The notes beneath the pieces are model-generated. The model ran no database searches. It had not been told where the DNA came from and saw only the letters and a list, made by a program, of their open reading frames with translations. From Octopus sinensis (lineage: Eukaryota): a DNA stretch of 64,000 bases. A program made the position numbers and the translations under genes. The DNA lies in assembly GCF_006345805.1 (NCBI RefSeq), contig NC_043013.1:43772001-43836000 (forward strand), in the 5' to 3' direction. How positions within the stretch are numbered: position 1 is the stretch's first letter; the number at the start of each line of letters is the position of its first letter. Of this stretch, positions 61,965 to 64,000 are shown piece by piece.

Positions 61965-62372
61965 TATTTCTTTATTGCCCACAAGGGGCTAAAGATAGAG
62001 GGGACAAAGAAAGGGATTAAGTCGATTACATCAACCCCAGTGTGTAACTGGTACTTAATTTATCGACCCTGAAAGGATGAAAGGCAAAGTCGACCTCGGC
62101 GGAATTTGAACTCGGAATGTAACGCCAGACAAAATACCTATTTCTTTACTATCCACAAGGGGCTAAACACAGAGAGGACAAACAACGACAGACAAGCGGA
62201 TTAAGTCAATTATATTGACCCCAGTGCATAACTGGTACTTAATTTATTGACCCCGAAGGATGAAAGGCAAAGTTGACCTTGGCGGAATTTGAACTCAGAA
62301 CGTAGCCGCAGACAAAATACCACTGAGCATTTCACCCGGCGTGCTAACGTTTCTGCCAGCTCAGCACCTTCA
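61965..62372 (-). mobile_element. SINE family C dimer nested in a minus-strand SINE A (about 61760-62430)
   Basis: 11-bp TSD TTTCAGTTTCT at 61954-61964 and 62373-62383. Confidence 0.9.
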
Positions 62373-62685
62373 TTTCAGTTTCTGTCAACCAAATCCACTC
62401 ACAAGACTTTGGTTAGCCCAGGACTATAGAAGACACTTGCCCACAGATAAAATAAATACCAGGCTTAAAAAAAACAAAATGTACCGGGGGTTGATTCATT
62501 TGACTAAAAGTTCTCCAAGGCTGTGCCCCAGCATGGTCACAGTTTAATGACTGAAACAAGTAAACGATAAAAAACGAAAGATATAATTTTAAAATTTTTT
62601 TATAAACATGGAATGGCTATGAGGGTCCACCTGAGTAAAATAGGGATCAAAGGGTTCTATACATAAAAAATGGATTTATGGATTA

Positions 62686-63138
62686 CCGTAAATCCTCGAG
62701 TGTAGTCCGCCCTTGAGTATAATACGCAGGGGATTTTTAGGGGGCTGTACCTCTGAAACACCTAAACCCTGTGTATAATACGCACCCCTTCTCTAACTTG
62801 AGTCAAGGAGGTCTATATAACGTCCTTGGTTTGTAAAACTGTATACGGTAACATACTTTATTATCATTGTATATATAACATAATGCAAACTTGTAGCTTT
62901 TTTGTGCATTTTGTTTGCAGAAAATAAAGAAATAACAGTAATAACGTTTAATAAATGTTGCTTACTGCAAGTTATGGACGATTCTTTTATGACTTCATTG
63001 CTTTCAGGCTTAGCTTAAGGTATTTTCGCGCCCGACATCACAAAATGCGTCTGAATAAACATTGCCGGACAGCAAATAGAGACTTGGACATTACTTAGAA
63101 AATATTTTTCATTTTTAACCTCGTATATAGTACGCACT
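62686..63138. mobile_element. pogo/Tigger-like MITE
   Basis: TA-CCGTAAATCCTCGAGT...ACTCGAGGATTTACGG-TA. Confidence 0.85.
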
Positions 63139-63544
63139 AGGGATTTTGACCTTTAAATTTTTTGGGGAAAAATGCAGATTATACTCGAGGATTTACGGTA
63201 CACCTAATAAACTTAACTGACTACCTTCACATCACAGAAGTCGGCTTAGTCAAATCTGATCTGGAACTAAAACTAAACTAAATTAAGTAACCATTATAAT
63301 TTGAGGATATTTTTTAGTACTTCATGAGAACAAAAGAAAAATAAATAAAAAGACCAAAAATGCAAAAAAATGAAGACAACAAAAGCTATTTCATATGTTA
63401 TTTATGGCTACAATGATGAATTGTATGAATTTATTCATAATTTTTTTCCACGCAATATCAATACTTAATAATAACCCATATTTGTTTCATGTTTAACAAT
63501 ATTCCAAGTGCTTTGTCAGATCAATAATACAACAATCAGAAACA

Positions 63545-63590
<46 letters not shown>

Positions 63591-64000
63591 TGCTTTGTTT
63601 TCATTATCTTTATCCTTTCCTTCTTTTCTTCTCCTCTGGGTTTCTGTTATCATTTTGGCTTTTTTGTTTTGTTTTGGGTTTTTTTATATTCTGTTTTGTT
63701 TTCTTCAGTTGTTTGAGGAGTTGGACGGACATTCTTAAGTTATAATATATATATTTAAAAAAAATATATATCGTGAATGAAAAAAAAGGGTGTATGAAAA
63801 TTTTGTACAAAAATGATTACAAAGAAGGTATATTTGCTGTTTCTTTGACATATTTTTCTTTCTTTTTTTTTCTTAAAAACAAAAACAAACAAAAAAATGG
63901 TTAAAAAACAATTTGTGGACATTGATAGATTTAAAAAAAACAAAAACAGAAACAAGACAAAATAATAACTTTTTGTTTTAAAGTAAACATTTGGGACGGG

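Overview
Eukaryotic, AT-rich, repeat-saturated genomic DNA. The tRNA-derived SINE families, (TA)n/(TG)n/(GA)n microsatellites and the LINE and DNA-transposon set resemble an octopus or other coleoid cephalopod genome; this is inference, not a database result. I find no intact host gene, rRNA, true tRNA or CRISPR array, and most long ORFs in the track are microsatellite artefacts. The window contains dozens of SINE copies from three main families (called A, B and C here) and a near full-length but broken Tx1/L1-clade LINE plus two older Tx1 relics. It also holds RTE, HERO-like and CR1 fragments, two Ty3/gypsy relics with LTR-like segments, a Penelope-like element (PLE), a full-length IR/DR Tc1 element, mariner/maT/hAT relics and several MITE families. 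The most striking signal is a set of minimal type I hammerhead ribozyme motifs in PLE-type sequence, mostly next to (TA)n tracts. Three unrelated motifs use three different Watson-Crick pairs at the core 3-8 position (C-G, U-A, G-C). One motif is mirrored inside a ~98% perfect 638-bp palindrome. There are also several apparent short-range templated insertions, a structured 91-nt module fused to a SINE subfamily, and one probable assembly-artefact duplication.
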